A program made the position numbers and the translations under genes. A DNA stretch of 38,338 nucleotides, taken from positions 1-38,338 of the forward strand of contig JAJYEF010000002.1 in the NCBI GenBank assembly GCA_021785915.1, written 5' to 3'. Every line of letters begins with the position of its first letter. Positions within the stretch are counted from its first letter, which is position 1. A model generated the notes under the pieces. The model was not told the origin of the DNA and did no database searches. It saw only the letters and a list, made by a program, of their open reading frames with translations. This DNA comes from a bacterium. GTDB taxonomy: Bacteria > Patescibacteriota > Microgenomatia > Levybacterales > UBA12049. Shown one piece after another: positions 1-8,407 of this stretch.

Positions 1-2
1 GA

Positions 3-860
3 TCTCCCCAGCAATGGGATCCGCTGCAATCAACAAACAGATGGGTCCTAACACTTGGTGAAGTGCTTAAATTTCCCATACTTCATTGGTTAGGCAACAT
101 CATGGCAGATACCCAGATAACTATTTTTCTTGCTTCTCCGCTGATACTGCTGCTGTCTATAGCCGGAATTGCACTTGCAAGAAAAAAGAGGCCACAAATT
201 ATTCTTGCGATATGGTTTCTTGGGACGCTGGCTATACAAGTAATATTTGCAAGAGTCATTATCCAAAGATACCTCGTATCGTTTCTCCCACTTATAACGT
301 TATTTGCCGCAAGCTCAATGGTGTTTGCAATCTCCAAAAAAAAGGCCTTGGGAATTACTCTGGCAGTTCTTACAATTATTTTTCCTTTTTATTTTACCGT
401 TTTACAAATTCAAAATCCTATTGCGTATTTTTCGCTTCAAACGAAGATGACGATTTATTCAAACCAATATGATTATGTCGGAGGCATTACCTCAGGTTAC
501 GGAATAACTGATGCCGTCAACCTATTGAATAAAGACATACGCAATAACCGCGCCGTCATAGGCCTTGAAGTCAATACGGGCACCCCCGAATCTGCAATTT
601 TTACCTACTTTCATAAAAACCCCAAAGTAACAGTTGCCTACCTTGATGAAAGAATTCTCGGAAACAATGTGCTTAAGTATGACTGCTTAGACACGGGCGA
701 ACCAACATATTTTATCAGCCGGGGTAACCAAATGGGAGGCTTAGGCAAATTCTTTTATACAATAGCTTATCTAAAAAATAAATATAACAATAACGTTATT
801 GGCATTCATAAACTAAAAACTGATTGCAAAGGAAAAGTAGCAAGGCTCAACCAAAGTTAA
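3..860 (+). CDS. Multi-pass membrane protein, 5'-truncated by the window edge. Possibly the C-terminal part of an ArnT/PMT-like glycosyltransferase.
   Basis: The frame is open with no stop from nt 3 through the GTG at 63, so the gene continues upstream of the window. It has several hydrophobic helices followed by a soluble C-terminal domain. The functional guess rests on architecture only. Confidence 0.6.
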   Translation, partial: SPQQWDPLQSTNRWVLTLGEVLKFPILHWLGNIMADTQITIFLASPLILLLSIAGIALARKKRPQIILAIWFLGTLAIQVIFARVIIQRYLVSFLPLITLFAASSMVFAISKKKALGITLAVLTIIFPFYFTVLQIQNPIAYFSLQTKMTIYSNQYDYVGGITSGYGITDAVNLLNKDIRNNRAVIGLEVNTGTPESAIFTYFHKNPKVTVAYLDERILGNNVLKYDCLDTGEPTYFISRGNQMGGLGKFFYTIAYLKNKYNNNVIGIHKLKTDCKGKVARLNQS

Positions 861-861
861 T

Positions 862-881
862 AAGGCAAGTGCCTTATTTTT
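862..881 (+). terminator. Rho-independent terminator of the upstream membrane-protein gene
   Basis: Stem AAGGC (862-866) pairs with GCCTT (871-875) around loop AAGT, followed by a T-run at 877-881. It starts 2 nt after the TAA stop at 858-860. Confidence 0.55.
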
Positions 882-955
882 AAATTAGTTATTTCCTTAG
901 CAAATATGGCTTTACCGTCAGAGGGTCAAAAACAAACATGATAGGTAAGAATTTT

Positions 956-974
956 ATGCTCCGCAGGATGGACT
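956..974. repeat. Putative left attachment-site core (attL). A degenerate copy of the tRNA-Asn 3' end.
   Basis: ATGCTCCGC at 956-964 is identical to 12773-12781, and GGACT at 970-974 matches 12787-12791. That is 14 of 19 positions. Confidence 0.5.
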
Positions 975-1514
975 ATGTTAGAACCTATTTTGCAACTACC
1001 ATTTAACAAAAATGATATAATCAAGGCAATGAGCGACAATTCACCTATAAAAATATTTAAAGGGATTAATGGACAAGCAGAGTTGTATTCAAATAAAGTT
1101 ATCATTAAACGTAAGGGAATAATGTCAAAATTAACTCAGGGATTTTTTCTTCCAGATAAAACTTTATATTTAAATCAGATTACCGGAATTAAACTTAAAA
1201 AAGCGAGCTTAGTCACAAATGGTTTTATTGAATTTATACTTAGTGGGAATTTAGAGTTTAAAAAAGGATTGTTAGCACAAACACATAGCGAAAACTCTAT
1301 ATTTTTTAGAATCACTGTTTTTAATACTAAGGCAATAAATGAAGAAGCGGAAGATTTTAAAAATTCAATCGAGGAAATGATAAATAATACAAGTAATAAC
1401 GTTAATCCCACAAGTTCTGCAGATGAATTAGCAAAATTTAAAAAATTGCTTGATGAAAGAGTAATAACTAAAGAAGAATTTGAGAAAAAGAAAAAACAAT
1501 TATTAAGCCTCTAA
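975..1514 (+). CDS. bPH (DUF4429-like bacterial PH) domain protein with a C-terminal SHOCT domain
   Basis: The N-terminal pattern 'GQAELYSNKVIIKRKG...ITGIKLKKASLVTNGFIEFILSG' is typical of bacterial PH-like domains. The C-terminal 'ELAKFKKLLDERVITKEEFEKKKKQLL' matches the SHOCT consensus. Confidence 0.7.
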   Translation: MLEPILQLPFNKNDIIKAMSDNSPIKIFKGINGQAELYSNKVIIKRKGIMSKLTQGFFLPDKTLYLNQITGIKLKKASLVTNGFIEFILSGNLEFKKGLLAQTHSENSIFFRITVFNTKAINEEAEDFKNSIEEMINNTSNNVNPTSSADELAKFKKLLDERVITKEEFEKKKKQLLSL

Positions 1515-1541
1515 AATAAAACATTAAAAATGTTTTATTTT
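1513..1541. terminator. AT-rich bidirectional hairpin between convergent genes
   Basis: AAAATAAAACAT (1513-1524) and ATGTTTTATTTT (1530-1541) form a perfect 12-bp inverted repeat that overlaps both stop codons. Confidence 0.45.
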
Positions 1542-2566
1542 CCAGAAAGAAGTTTTAGTATCCAATCAGGTAAATAAATATTGAAGAATCTTAGAATAAT
1601 TATAAAAATTATAAAAATAACCAAAGACCATCCTATCTTATTGAAAACCCATCTTATCAATATTTCATACCAAGGTTTTTCCTCTAATTTATCCACTAAA
1701 TGGTTATGATATCTAAAAATATGCAAAAAATACTCATTCTTTAGGCTGTCTAAATTTGACTTTTCTTCAAGTGTTAATGAGGGTCTTATTGTATTACTAT
1801 CTAACACATTTCCAATTCTTAAAGATAGACTATTCCACGCTTGCCTTTCCTCGCCAAAATAGTAATCATACACTTCGTTTAGTTTTTCTACATCAGAGAT
1901 TCTATAGAAAGAAACAATTTTGCTATTTAAACGTAAAAGATTATTGTAAGGTCTTAGTTGTTCGCTATAAAACTTATCCATCTCTTCAATCTTTTTATCG
2001 TTAATTCCCTTTTCTTTTAAAGAACCCATCAAAGACCAAAGTATGGCAACAACATTGGGTATATCTCCCACAAACTGTTTTTCTGCTGATAAAAATCCAT
2101 CAAGTTGTATGTAAGAAAGCGAAATATTTTTTTCTGGACTCATTGCTACAGCTACAACCCCAGAACCGGTCGGGAATATATCTTCAAACTTGAGGAGAGA
2201 AATATTATTTCTATCAATGATTGACTTTAAATATTTCAAATCCTCTTTCATTTTTTCTATTAGTTTATTCCCATCCTCAATTAGCTTTTTATTCTCTTTG
2301 AGTTTTTCCCTCTGCTCTTCGATTTTTCTATTACTGTGTTGTAGTGTTTTATTGTTTTTTACATAATATAGATAATCAGCGACTATGCCAAAAAAATTTT
2401 GCGCTGTGACTTGAGAAGAAAGCGGAATGTCTTTAAAGTATTCTACTTCCTTAAACCTTCTATTTAGTTCACCCAACACTTGTTGCCTGTAAAAATAACT
2501 CCTGAACCAATAGAAAATTGTCTTTGCTTTGTTAACTAACTTGTTAGTGGTTCGCTTGGTAGTCAT
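1535..2566 (-). CDS. Hypothetical coiled-coil protein with one C-terminal transmembrane helix (tail-anchored)
   Basis: 343-aa ORF. It has a Lys/Glu-rich coiled-coil segment (EEQREKLKENKKLIEDGNKLIEKMKEDLKYLK) and a C-terminal hydrophobic stretch (IGWSLVIFIIFIIILRFF). I recognise no family. Confidence 0.65.
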   Translation of the reverse strand: MTTKRTTNKLVNKAKTIFYWFRSYFYRQQVLGELNRRFKEVEYFKDIPLSSQVTAQNFFGIVADYLYYVKNNKTLQHSNRKIEEQREKLKENKKLIEDGNKLIEKMKEDLKYLKSIIDRNNISLLKFEDIFPTGSGVVAVAMSPEKNISLSYIQLDGFLSAEKQFVGDIPNVVAILWSLMGSLKEKGINDKKIEEMDKFYSEQLRPYNNLLRLNSKIVSFYRISDVEKLNEVYDYYFGEERQAWNSLSLRIGNVLDSNTIRPSLTLEEKSNLDSLKNEYFLHIFRYHNHLVDKLEEKPWYEILIRWVFNKIGWSLVIFIIFIIILRFFNIYLPDWILKLLSGK

Positions 2567-2589
2567 TTATAGTTTGAAGTTATATACAG

Positions 2590-2620
2590 CTTATACTCTT
2601 TTTGAGGCTGGAAGTCAAAA
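2590..2620 (-). promoter_or_regulatory. Copy 1 of the conserved 31-bp promoter/operator cassette (TTGACT-N17-TATAAG on the minus strand)
   Basis: The + strand reads CTTATACTCTTTTTGAGGCTGGAAGTCAAAA. It is nearly identical to 4444-4474 and 8408-8438 and lies upstream of the 1535-2566 gene. Confidence 0.65.
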
Positions 2621-2623
2621 TAT

Positions 2624-2995
2624 TTACTGTATCTTAAACCAATATTTTCCAAAAGCCCAAAACCATTTTTCATCTTGTATTACACTACAAGTAGAGGTTT
2701 CTTCTATTGTTTGAGGCTCCGAAATTGTTTCTTCACATCTCATATAAGCAGATGCTGCTCCTGCGAACGAGCTACATTTATCATCAACTGCCTTAGCCCA
2801 CGCAGGATTATTTACTTTAACCTTACACTGTTTATAAACAGTAACTCCTTTATATTGAATGCTTGGAAAATTATCTGTTATAAAACTTCCAACTTCTTTC
2901 TTAAATAAACCCAAAAATATGACTATGATTAAAATTATCAATAGAATATGGACGAATTTTATTTTCCTTAAATATTTTTTTATTATCATTTCCAA
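2624..2995 (-). CDS. Small secreted or membrane-anchored Cys-containing protein
   Basis: 123-aa ORF with an N-terminal basic region plus hydrophobic signal/anchor (KFVHILLIILIIVIFLGLF) and several Cys in the mature part. Its start overlaps the stop of the upstream signal-peptidase gene by 10 nt. Confidence 0.6.
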   Translation of the reverse strand: MEMIIKKYLRKIKFVHILLIILIIVIFLGLFKKEVGSFITDNFPSIQYKGVTVYKQCKVKVNNPAWAKAVDDKCSSFAGAASAYMRCEETISEPQTIEETSTCSVIQDEKWFWAFGKYWFKIQ

Positions 2996-4413
2996 ATAAA
3001 ACTATTAAGATATTTTGCTAATCCTTCCTGTTCATTATAAAGGGCGTTGTCTTGCGCAACCCAACTCTCCTCTTCTGAAGAAAGCCATTGATTGTTTTCC
3101 ATAGTAGTAATTATTTGCTGGTCTCTAGAAATTCTTAAGTTAATTATCTCCAATATTCTATCTGCTTTCAATTTATTATCATTATAAGTTTGAGAATAAT
3201 TTTTGATGTTTTCCCAACTGGGTAAAATATTCTGTAATTGAGCTAGACTAGTTTTCCAACTTTCTATATCACTTGCTTTATAATTAGGTGGAACATATCC
3301 TGCCTCTTGCTGGACAACTAACTGGACAGGGCAATTGTTTAGGTCTCCTATAACTGCTGCTATACCTATATCTTGATAATCTTTCTTGAGCAAGAAATCC
3401 TTATTAAGGTTTACATCCGTCATATAGTTATAGAGGTCATCTGCTGTGTAATATCCTAAGACGGGGTCTTCGCCGTATACAACATTGTAATATCCTGCAT
3501 CTTCCATTGATTTGGTCATAGGATAACCGCTTCTGGTAGCTGTCCAAGTTAAGTCATCAAATTTTAACATCATATCTGCTCTAAGTTGTGCAGATTTGCT
3601 AAGTTTAGGATTCAAAGTTAATGGTTTCAGATTGTTTTGTGCTCTTAATTTATTTACCATCGCTACATAATCATTTGTATTTAATAAGGGTGTGTTTAGG
3701 TTTCCATTTCCGGTTGCTTTAGTCCAACGGCTTTTCAAAAATCCCTGTTCATCAAAATATAAAATATTTATAATATCTTTTTCAGGAATAAAACCTATAA
3801 ACCTTGAATCCTGACTTCTTATTCTGTTATCTCCTAACGCAAAAACATCATTACTTGGAACTTTTACGCTCTGACATTCGGATAGAAACGTTCCCCCATA
3901 AGTCGACCTGTATTTAGATATATAGGGCTCGTCTAAAAGTTTTCCGTTTATATAAACAAAGCCATTTTTTATATCCACAGTTTCACCCGGAAGTCCTATT
4001 ACTCTTTTAACATACATTTTCCCGTCAGTTTTACTGTCTTCGAAAGTTATAATGTCTCCTTGCTCTATTTTTTTATGCCAAAACATAAAATTGTTATATG
4101 GATGAACCAATAAATATTGGCCATTTGTTAAGGTTGGGGTCATAGAGTAACCAATAATTTGAACAGGGGTCTTTGCTATTCCCAAAAAATAAAATCCCCC
4201 AAATATAAGCACGAAAATAATGGAGTCTAAAATTAAAGACAGGGGACTAACTATAAAAATCAAACCTATTGTTTTTGCGATTTTTAGCAAGAGTCTATCT
4301 TTGCTTTTAATAACTTTGAATATAAAATGATACAGAGGAAGAAATAAAATTATTAAAACTTTTTTGAGGATAAAAATAGGACTCCGAAGAAACCTGAAGC
4401 GAGGTTTTTTCAT
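2986..4413 (-). CDS. Type I signal peptidase (S26, LepB/SipW-like) fused to a CAP/SCP/YkwD-like domain and a C-terminal helical extension
   Basis: The S26 boxes are present: 'GYSMTPTL' (catalytic Ser), 'YVKRVIGLPGE' (catalytic Lys) and 'GDNRIRSQDSRFIGFIP'. Downstream, 'VNKLRAQNNLKPLTLNPKLSKSAQLRADMM ... YQDIGIAAV' resembles CAP-domain blocks. The N-terminus has TM helices. Confidence 0.75.
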   Translation of the reverse strand: MKKPRFRFLRSPIFILKKVLIILFLPLYHFIFKVIKSKDRLLLKIAKTIGLIFIVSPLSLILDSIIFVLIFGGFYFLGIAKTPVQIIGYSMTPTLTNGQYLLVHPYNNFMFWHKKIEQGDIITFEDSKTDGKMYVKRVIGLPGETVDIKNGFVYINGKLLDEPYISKYRSTYGGTFLSECQSVKVPSNDVFALGDNRIRSQDSRFIGFIPEKDIINILYFDEQGFLKSRWTKATGNGNLNTPLLNTNDYVAMVNKLRAQNNLKPLTLNPKLSKSAQLRADMMLKFDDLTWTATRSGYPMTKSMEDAGYYNVVYGEDPVLGYYTADDLYNYMTDVNLNKDFLLKKDYQDIGIAAVIGDLNNCPVQLVVQQEAGYVPPNYKASDIESWKTSLAQLQNILPSWENIKNYSQTYNDNKLKADRILEIINLRISRDQQIITTMENNQWLSSEEESWVAQDNALYNEQEGLAKYLNSFIWK

Positions 4414-4443
4414 AATTCTAAATAAATTCTATATATTAACTAG

Positions 4444-4474
4444 CTTATACTCCTTTTGAGGCTGGAAGTCAAAA
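4444..4474 (-). promoter_or_regulatory. Copy 2 of the conserved 31-bp promoter/operator cassette
   Basis: The + strand reads CTTATACTCCTTTTGAGGCTGGAAGTCAAAA. The minus strand reads TTGACT-N17-TATAAG upstream of the 2986-4413 / 2624-2995 operon. It is divergent from the 4514 gene, which has an extended -10 (TGATATACT) at ~4493-4501. Confidence 0.65.
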
Positions 4475-4513
4475 AACCTAATTCTTCCAAATTTGATATA
4501 CTCCAGCTAAATT

Positions 4514-5554
4514 ATGGCAAGATTGAGAAGGGTTAACTGGAAAGAAAAAACAGAAGAGGCAAAAAAGGCTCTAGAGCTCCATAATTCCAGTAATTACCTT
4601 AAAATAATCCTGGAAAATTATTTTCTTTACAACTCTTATGCAAGAGCTGATATCGCTAAACTTCTAAACGATCACCTTCAAACAATTAGAAAAAATGGCG
4701 CACAATCAAAAGCAGTTCAAAAAAATATTTTCTTGGAAATTTACAGTAAATATATTCAAGTTAGTGAGGATTTAGCTTTGGTAGGAAATCTACTTCTCAA
4801 CAGCAAGAATAAAGAAATAAATTCTTTATCCATTTATATGGAAAGCAACAATTCAGATATTTTAAGTTTTTATAAAAGAGCATACGCAGGATTTAGTGAT
4901 AAGGAAATAAAAAAAATAATGGGAATTGATAAATTATTCGAGTATATAAAATCAGCTCAACATTTATCGAAAGAGGAGATTGTAAGTTATGAATCTATTA
5001 TAAGCGAATCAATAAAAATCGAAAAAAATAATCTTAAAATGTTAGCAAAATTATACATAGAAGAATTTAAGAATGAAAAAGGCGACAACCAGTTAATTCA
5101 AGCAGGGCCAATAGATGTTTACAATGGAATAAAGCACGGATACAAAGTAGTTTATCCAACTAAATTAGCTAAATCTCTATGGACACAAATAACAGAAGAT
5201 AGTGTAGATGTTATGCATCAAGTTGTTGAGGATGAATCTACGGGACAAAAAATTATTATTTTAGGGGGTTTTGGTGAAATAAACGACGATATAATAAATT
5301 CTATTATGTTTAACATAGAACATTTTTCAGAAGAGTTACATTTAATGTGTGAAATAAGGCTTTGGTCTGAAAAAGATCCAATGTTTGTTATAAAAAGATT
5401 TAGACTAACAAAAACAGAAGAGGAATTAAAAAAGAAAAAGATTAATGTTAACGACAAATGCCCTTGTGGTAGCGGAATAAAATATAAGAGATGTTGTAAA
5501 TTTTTTAAATACGAGTATGATAAAATTGACCCATATTCAATAGTGGATATTTGA
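4514..5554 (+). CDS. SEC-C motif protein; N-terminal ~320 aa of unknown family
   Basis: The C-terminal 'CPCGSGIKYKRCC' is the SecA-type metal-binding SEC-C motif. I do not recognise the rest of the protein. Confidence 0.7.
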   Translation: MARLRRVNWKEKTEEAKKALELHNSSNYLKIILENYFLYNSYARADIAKLLNDHLQTIRKNGAQSKAVQKNIFLEIYSKYIQVSEDLALVGNLLLNSKNKEINSLSIYMESNNSDILSFYKRAYAGFSDKEIKKIMGIDKLFEYIKSAQHLSKEEIVSYESIISESIKIEKNNLKMLAKLYIEEFKNEKGDNQLIQAGPIDVYNGIKHGYKVVYPTKLAKSLWTQITEDSVDVMHQVVEDESTGQKIIILGGFGEINDDIINSIMFNIEHFSEELHLMCEIRLWSEKDPMFVIKRFRLTKTEEELKKKKINVNDKCPCGSGIKYKRCCKFFKYEYDKIDPYSIVDI

Positions 5555-5564
5555 GTAAGATGAT

Positions 5565-8399
5565 TTACTCACGAGAAAAAGATTTTATTCTTATCATTTC
5601 CTCATAAATAACATTATAAACATTGTCTAATTCCTCCTCCGAAACACTGATCCCTAAAATTTTGAATAAAGCCTTATCAATTTTCTTTTTATCTTCAAAA
5701 TGCTGTTTATATTGTTCTAATAAAGAAGGGAATTCTTTATTAGACATTCCTTCATACATTGCTAGCAAATCTTTTTTTTCTTTTTCCGTAATTGCATCTA
5801 GTTTTAACCCATAAATATTTATTAGATCGGAGATTCTAATATCTACTCTCCTCCCAGTGCTTTCTTCTTTATTCAACATAAATTGGACAAAAAATAAGCT
5901 GCTGTTAAAATATAGACACTCAATCTTTGCTTCTTCATTATTCTTAACGTGAACAACCTCAAGTTGATTCGATGGATAAAAGGTAACCGTAGAGCAATAG
6001 GCAATATGCATTTGAGAAGGTGAGTAAGGATTTATCCTTCTACAAATTGCGAGATTTGTCCCTGTCCTTAAAGCGGAAGATTTAATGCTTACCCAATTGG
6101 GAACGTTATTATAATTAGAAATCGCTGAGACTCTCTCAAGCCCATCATAGGGAGCGATTATTAAATAATCTAAATCTTGAGTCGCATCCATCCTCTTTAA
6201 ACCAACAGGTGTTCTTAATGACTTCAGCACGAAGCCCTTTGGCACTTTTATTAAAGCACCTGTTCTATCTTTGCCTTCGACAGTTCCATTAACCTCTCTC
6301 TCTAATGTAATGTTTGAATACATAGCTCTTTCTGGTGATTTTGCGTTTGTAATAAACACCAAATCTGATAATCCTTGAGGAACTGGACGAAAACCTTCAG
6401 CAAATTTGTTAGCTCGAAATTTCTCAGTTTTATTTGATTTTAAAATTTTCTCCAAAAATTCATTTAAAACCTCTTTATTTTTTATGCTTCCTACAGAGAC
6501 AAGAGGCATTAGATTATCTTTATTTTCTTCTAGATAATTCTGGTCTTCCCAATATAAATCAAATAATTCTTCTGAATGATTTTCTTCTTCTTCCACATTT
6601 CTTATTCTTTCCGCCAAGACCCTACCTTCTTGTAATGCGAAATCTTTCAGATTTTTCTTAATTAAAACTATTCCTGTCTTTCTTTTCTTATTTTCTTTTG
6701 AGTTATTTTTCTCAAGAATAACTATTATGTCCGAATATTCTGATGATTCAGAAAAAGCATAATTCTTTGTAGATCTAAGCAAATACTTCCACGTGTATTT
6801 ATCATTTATAAAGAAGTTTCTAATAGCTCTTGTTTCTTCGCCTCTAAGGAAATTTATGGGAATGATAGCTCCTATTTTTCCATTATCCTTAAGTAACTCA
6901 TTTGCTAATAACATAAATGGGCCCCATAATCCTACACCTGCTCCTCCGCTTCCCCATTTCTGAGTTACTTCTCTATGATAATCTGATGGCAACCTCTCTT
7001 GTTTTGTAAAAGGAGGATTCATTATTACAGCATCAAATTTATCAACAGTGAAAGTATCTACTTTTGCCTCTTCCATTACATTGACTCTTTCTGGTGTAAC
7101 ATCAGGATCGAGAAGATTCATTTGATGGCTTATCTCTGATGCTAATCTGTTAAGAAAATATCCTGCTTTTAATTTGAGACTATCACTAGAGCCTACTTTC
7201 AAATTATTTGCAATCTCTTCTACGTCTTGGGCTGCTAGGTTGACAGCTGTCAGATGTGAGGCGAAAGGCATAATATCTATTCCTGTAATTTCCTCTTCTA
7301 GAAATTCCCTATGCAAATTTTGTCTGTCTCCGCCTAATCTTTTCTTTCTTCCATATGCAGCAACTAAAAGAGTCCCAGAACCACAAGCGGGGTCTATTAC
7401 TTGCGAATTATATTTGTCTACTGCTAAGCCAGCTACAATTTCTGCTGCAATCGGACGTGTATAAAATGCTGCCAATAACTTTCTCGTAGTTGGGGGTAAC
7501 AAATCGTGAAATATTCTTCCGGGAAGGTCGTGTTCCATATTCTCGGGTTTAAGAGCTGATAGAATTTCTATTATTTTATTTATTACCGACATTAACGATT
7601 CACTGGAAGGAGGTAGAAGTTTTATTATGTCAATTTTAAAAATAGGAATAAAATCAATTTTCAAAATTGCATCAAAACATTTAATTACATCCTCCTTCTT
7701 ATTTATCTCACTCAAAACTGGAACTTTTCCTGTTTTCTTACTGAATATTCTATAAAACAAAAGCTGATTTATTAAAATATAAGCCGATAAATCTACTGCT
7801 GCTGCTCTAAACTCGTTCTCATCTATTCCTTCCGAACCGATAGCCGAAAATAACTCCATTCTTCCAACAACCTCTTCTTGTAAAAGTTTTACTCCGCTCC
7901 ATTTTCTAAGTTCATTTGCTAATATTTGAACAGATTCACTCAATGTTTCTATAGCTACCTCGGGTTTATAGACTTTTGCTTTCTCGCTTAGTATTTTAAA
8001 AAGTTCTGTAAACAAAAACTCAGGAGTCTTATCTCTAAAATTTTCAGTTAAAAAGTCTGTTAAAACAATTCCGTGAAGTAATTGGGTTTGCAAGGCAATT
8101 TTTGATTCTCTTTCTTCATCTGGATGCTCAAAAAAAACTCTTACTCTCTCCGGATATACCAACAATATTTTTTCTGTAACTCCAGCTCCTCTTGCATTTT
8201 TTTCTATCTGAGTTATTCCCGAAAATAAACCCTGCTCACCAATTTTTACTTCAACGATAAATTTAAAAGAACCCTTTTTAACCAACAAATCAGGATAACC
8301 GCTTCTAGTTGAAACTTCTATCGCTGATTCGCAACCCAAGTCTTTAAGGAGATTAGCTAGGTAATGGTAGAGAGAACGTTCTGTTACTGTAAACGACAT
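5565..8399 (-). CDS. Single-polypeptide type IIG/IIL (MmeI-like) restriction-modification enzyme: N-terminal PD-(D/E)xK nuclease, N6-adenine methyltransferase and a C-terminal target-recognition region
   Basis: The N-terminus 'GYPDLLVKKGSFKFIVEVKIGEQ' gives a D...ExK nuclease signature. SAM motif I is 'IDPACGSGTLL' and catalytic motif IV is 'IMNPPF'. It is 944 aa with a long C-terminal region and no separate S or R gene nearby. Confidence 0.75.
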   Translation of the reverse strand: MSFTVTERSLYHYLANLLKDLGCESAIEVSTRSGYPDLLVKKGSFKFIVEVKIGEQGLFSGITQIEKNARGAGVTEKILLVYPERVRVFFEHPDEERESKIALQTQLLHGIVLTDFLTENFRDKTPEFLFTELFKILSEKAKVYKPEVAIETLSESVQILANELRKWSGVKLLQEEVVGRMELFSAIGSEGIDENEFRAAAVDLSAYILINQLLFYRIFSKKTGKVPVLSEINKKEDVIKCFDAILKIDFIPIFKIDIIKLLPPSSESLMSVINKIIEILSALKPENMEHDLPGRIFHDLLPPTTRKLLAAFYTRPIAAEIVAGLAVDKYNSQVIDPACGSGTLLVAAYGRKKRLGGDRQNLHREFLEEEITGIDIMPFASHLTAVNLAAQDVEEIANNLKVGSSDSLKLKAGYFLNRLASEISHQMNLLDPDVTPERVNVMEEAKVDTFTVDKFDAVIMNPPFTKQERLPSDYHREVTQKWGSGGAGVGLWGPFMLLANELLKDNGKIGAIIPINFLRGEETRAIRNFFINDKYTWKYLLRSTKNYAFSESSEYSDIIVILEKNNSKENKKRKTGIVLIKKNLKDFALQEGRVLAERIRNVEEEENHSEELFDLYWEDQNYLEENKDNLMPLVSVGSIKNKEVLNEFLEKILKSNKTEKFRANKFAEGFRPVPQGLSDLVFITNAKSPERAMYSNITLEREVNGTVEGKDRTGALIKVPKGFVLKSLRTPVGLKRMDATQDLDYLIIAPYDGLERVSAISNYNNVPNWVSIKSSALRTGTNLAICRRINPYSPSQMHIAYCSTVTFYPSNQLEVVHVKNNEEAKIECLYFNSSLFFVQFMLNKEESTGRRVDIRISDLINIYGLKLDAITEKEKKDLLAMYEGMSNKEFPSLLEQYKQHFEDKKKIDKALFKILGISVSEEELDNVYNVIYEEMIRIKSFSRE

Positions 8400-8407
8400 C
8401 TAAAAAT

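Noticed and set aside
83-472. ORFs 83-337 (-) and 86-472 (+) overlapping the 5'-truncated membrane-protein gene
   Set aside because: Both lie entirely inside the longer frame-3 ORF, which is open to the window edge. Their sequences look like off-frame or antisense shadows (Cys/Arg-rich, with no domain pattern).
5565-8399. Interpreting the 944-aa methyltransferase as BREX PglX or a type I HsdM
   Set aside because: No PglZ, BrxC, BrxL, HsdS or HsdR-like genes occur anywhere in the island. In addition, the protein has its own N-terminal PD-ExK-like motif. A single-chain type IIG/IIL enzyme is therefore the simpler reading.
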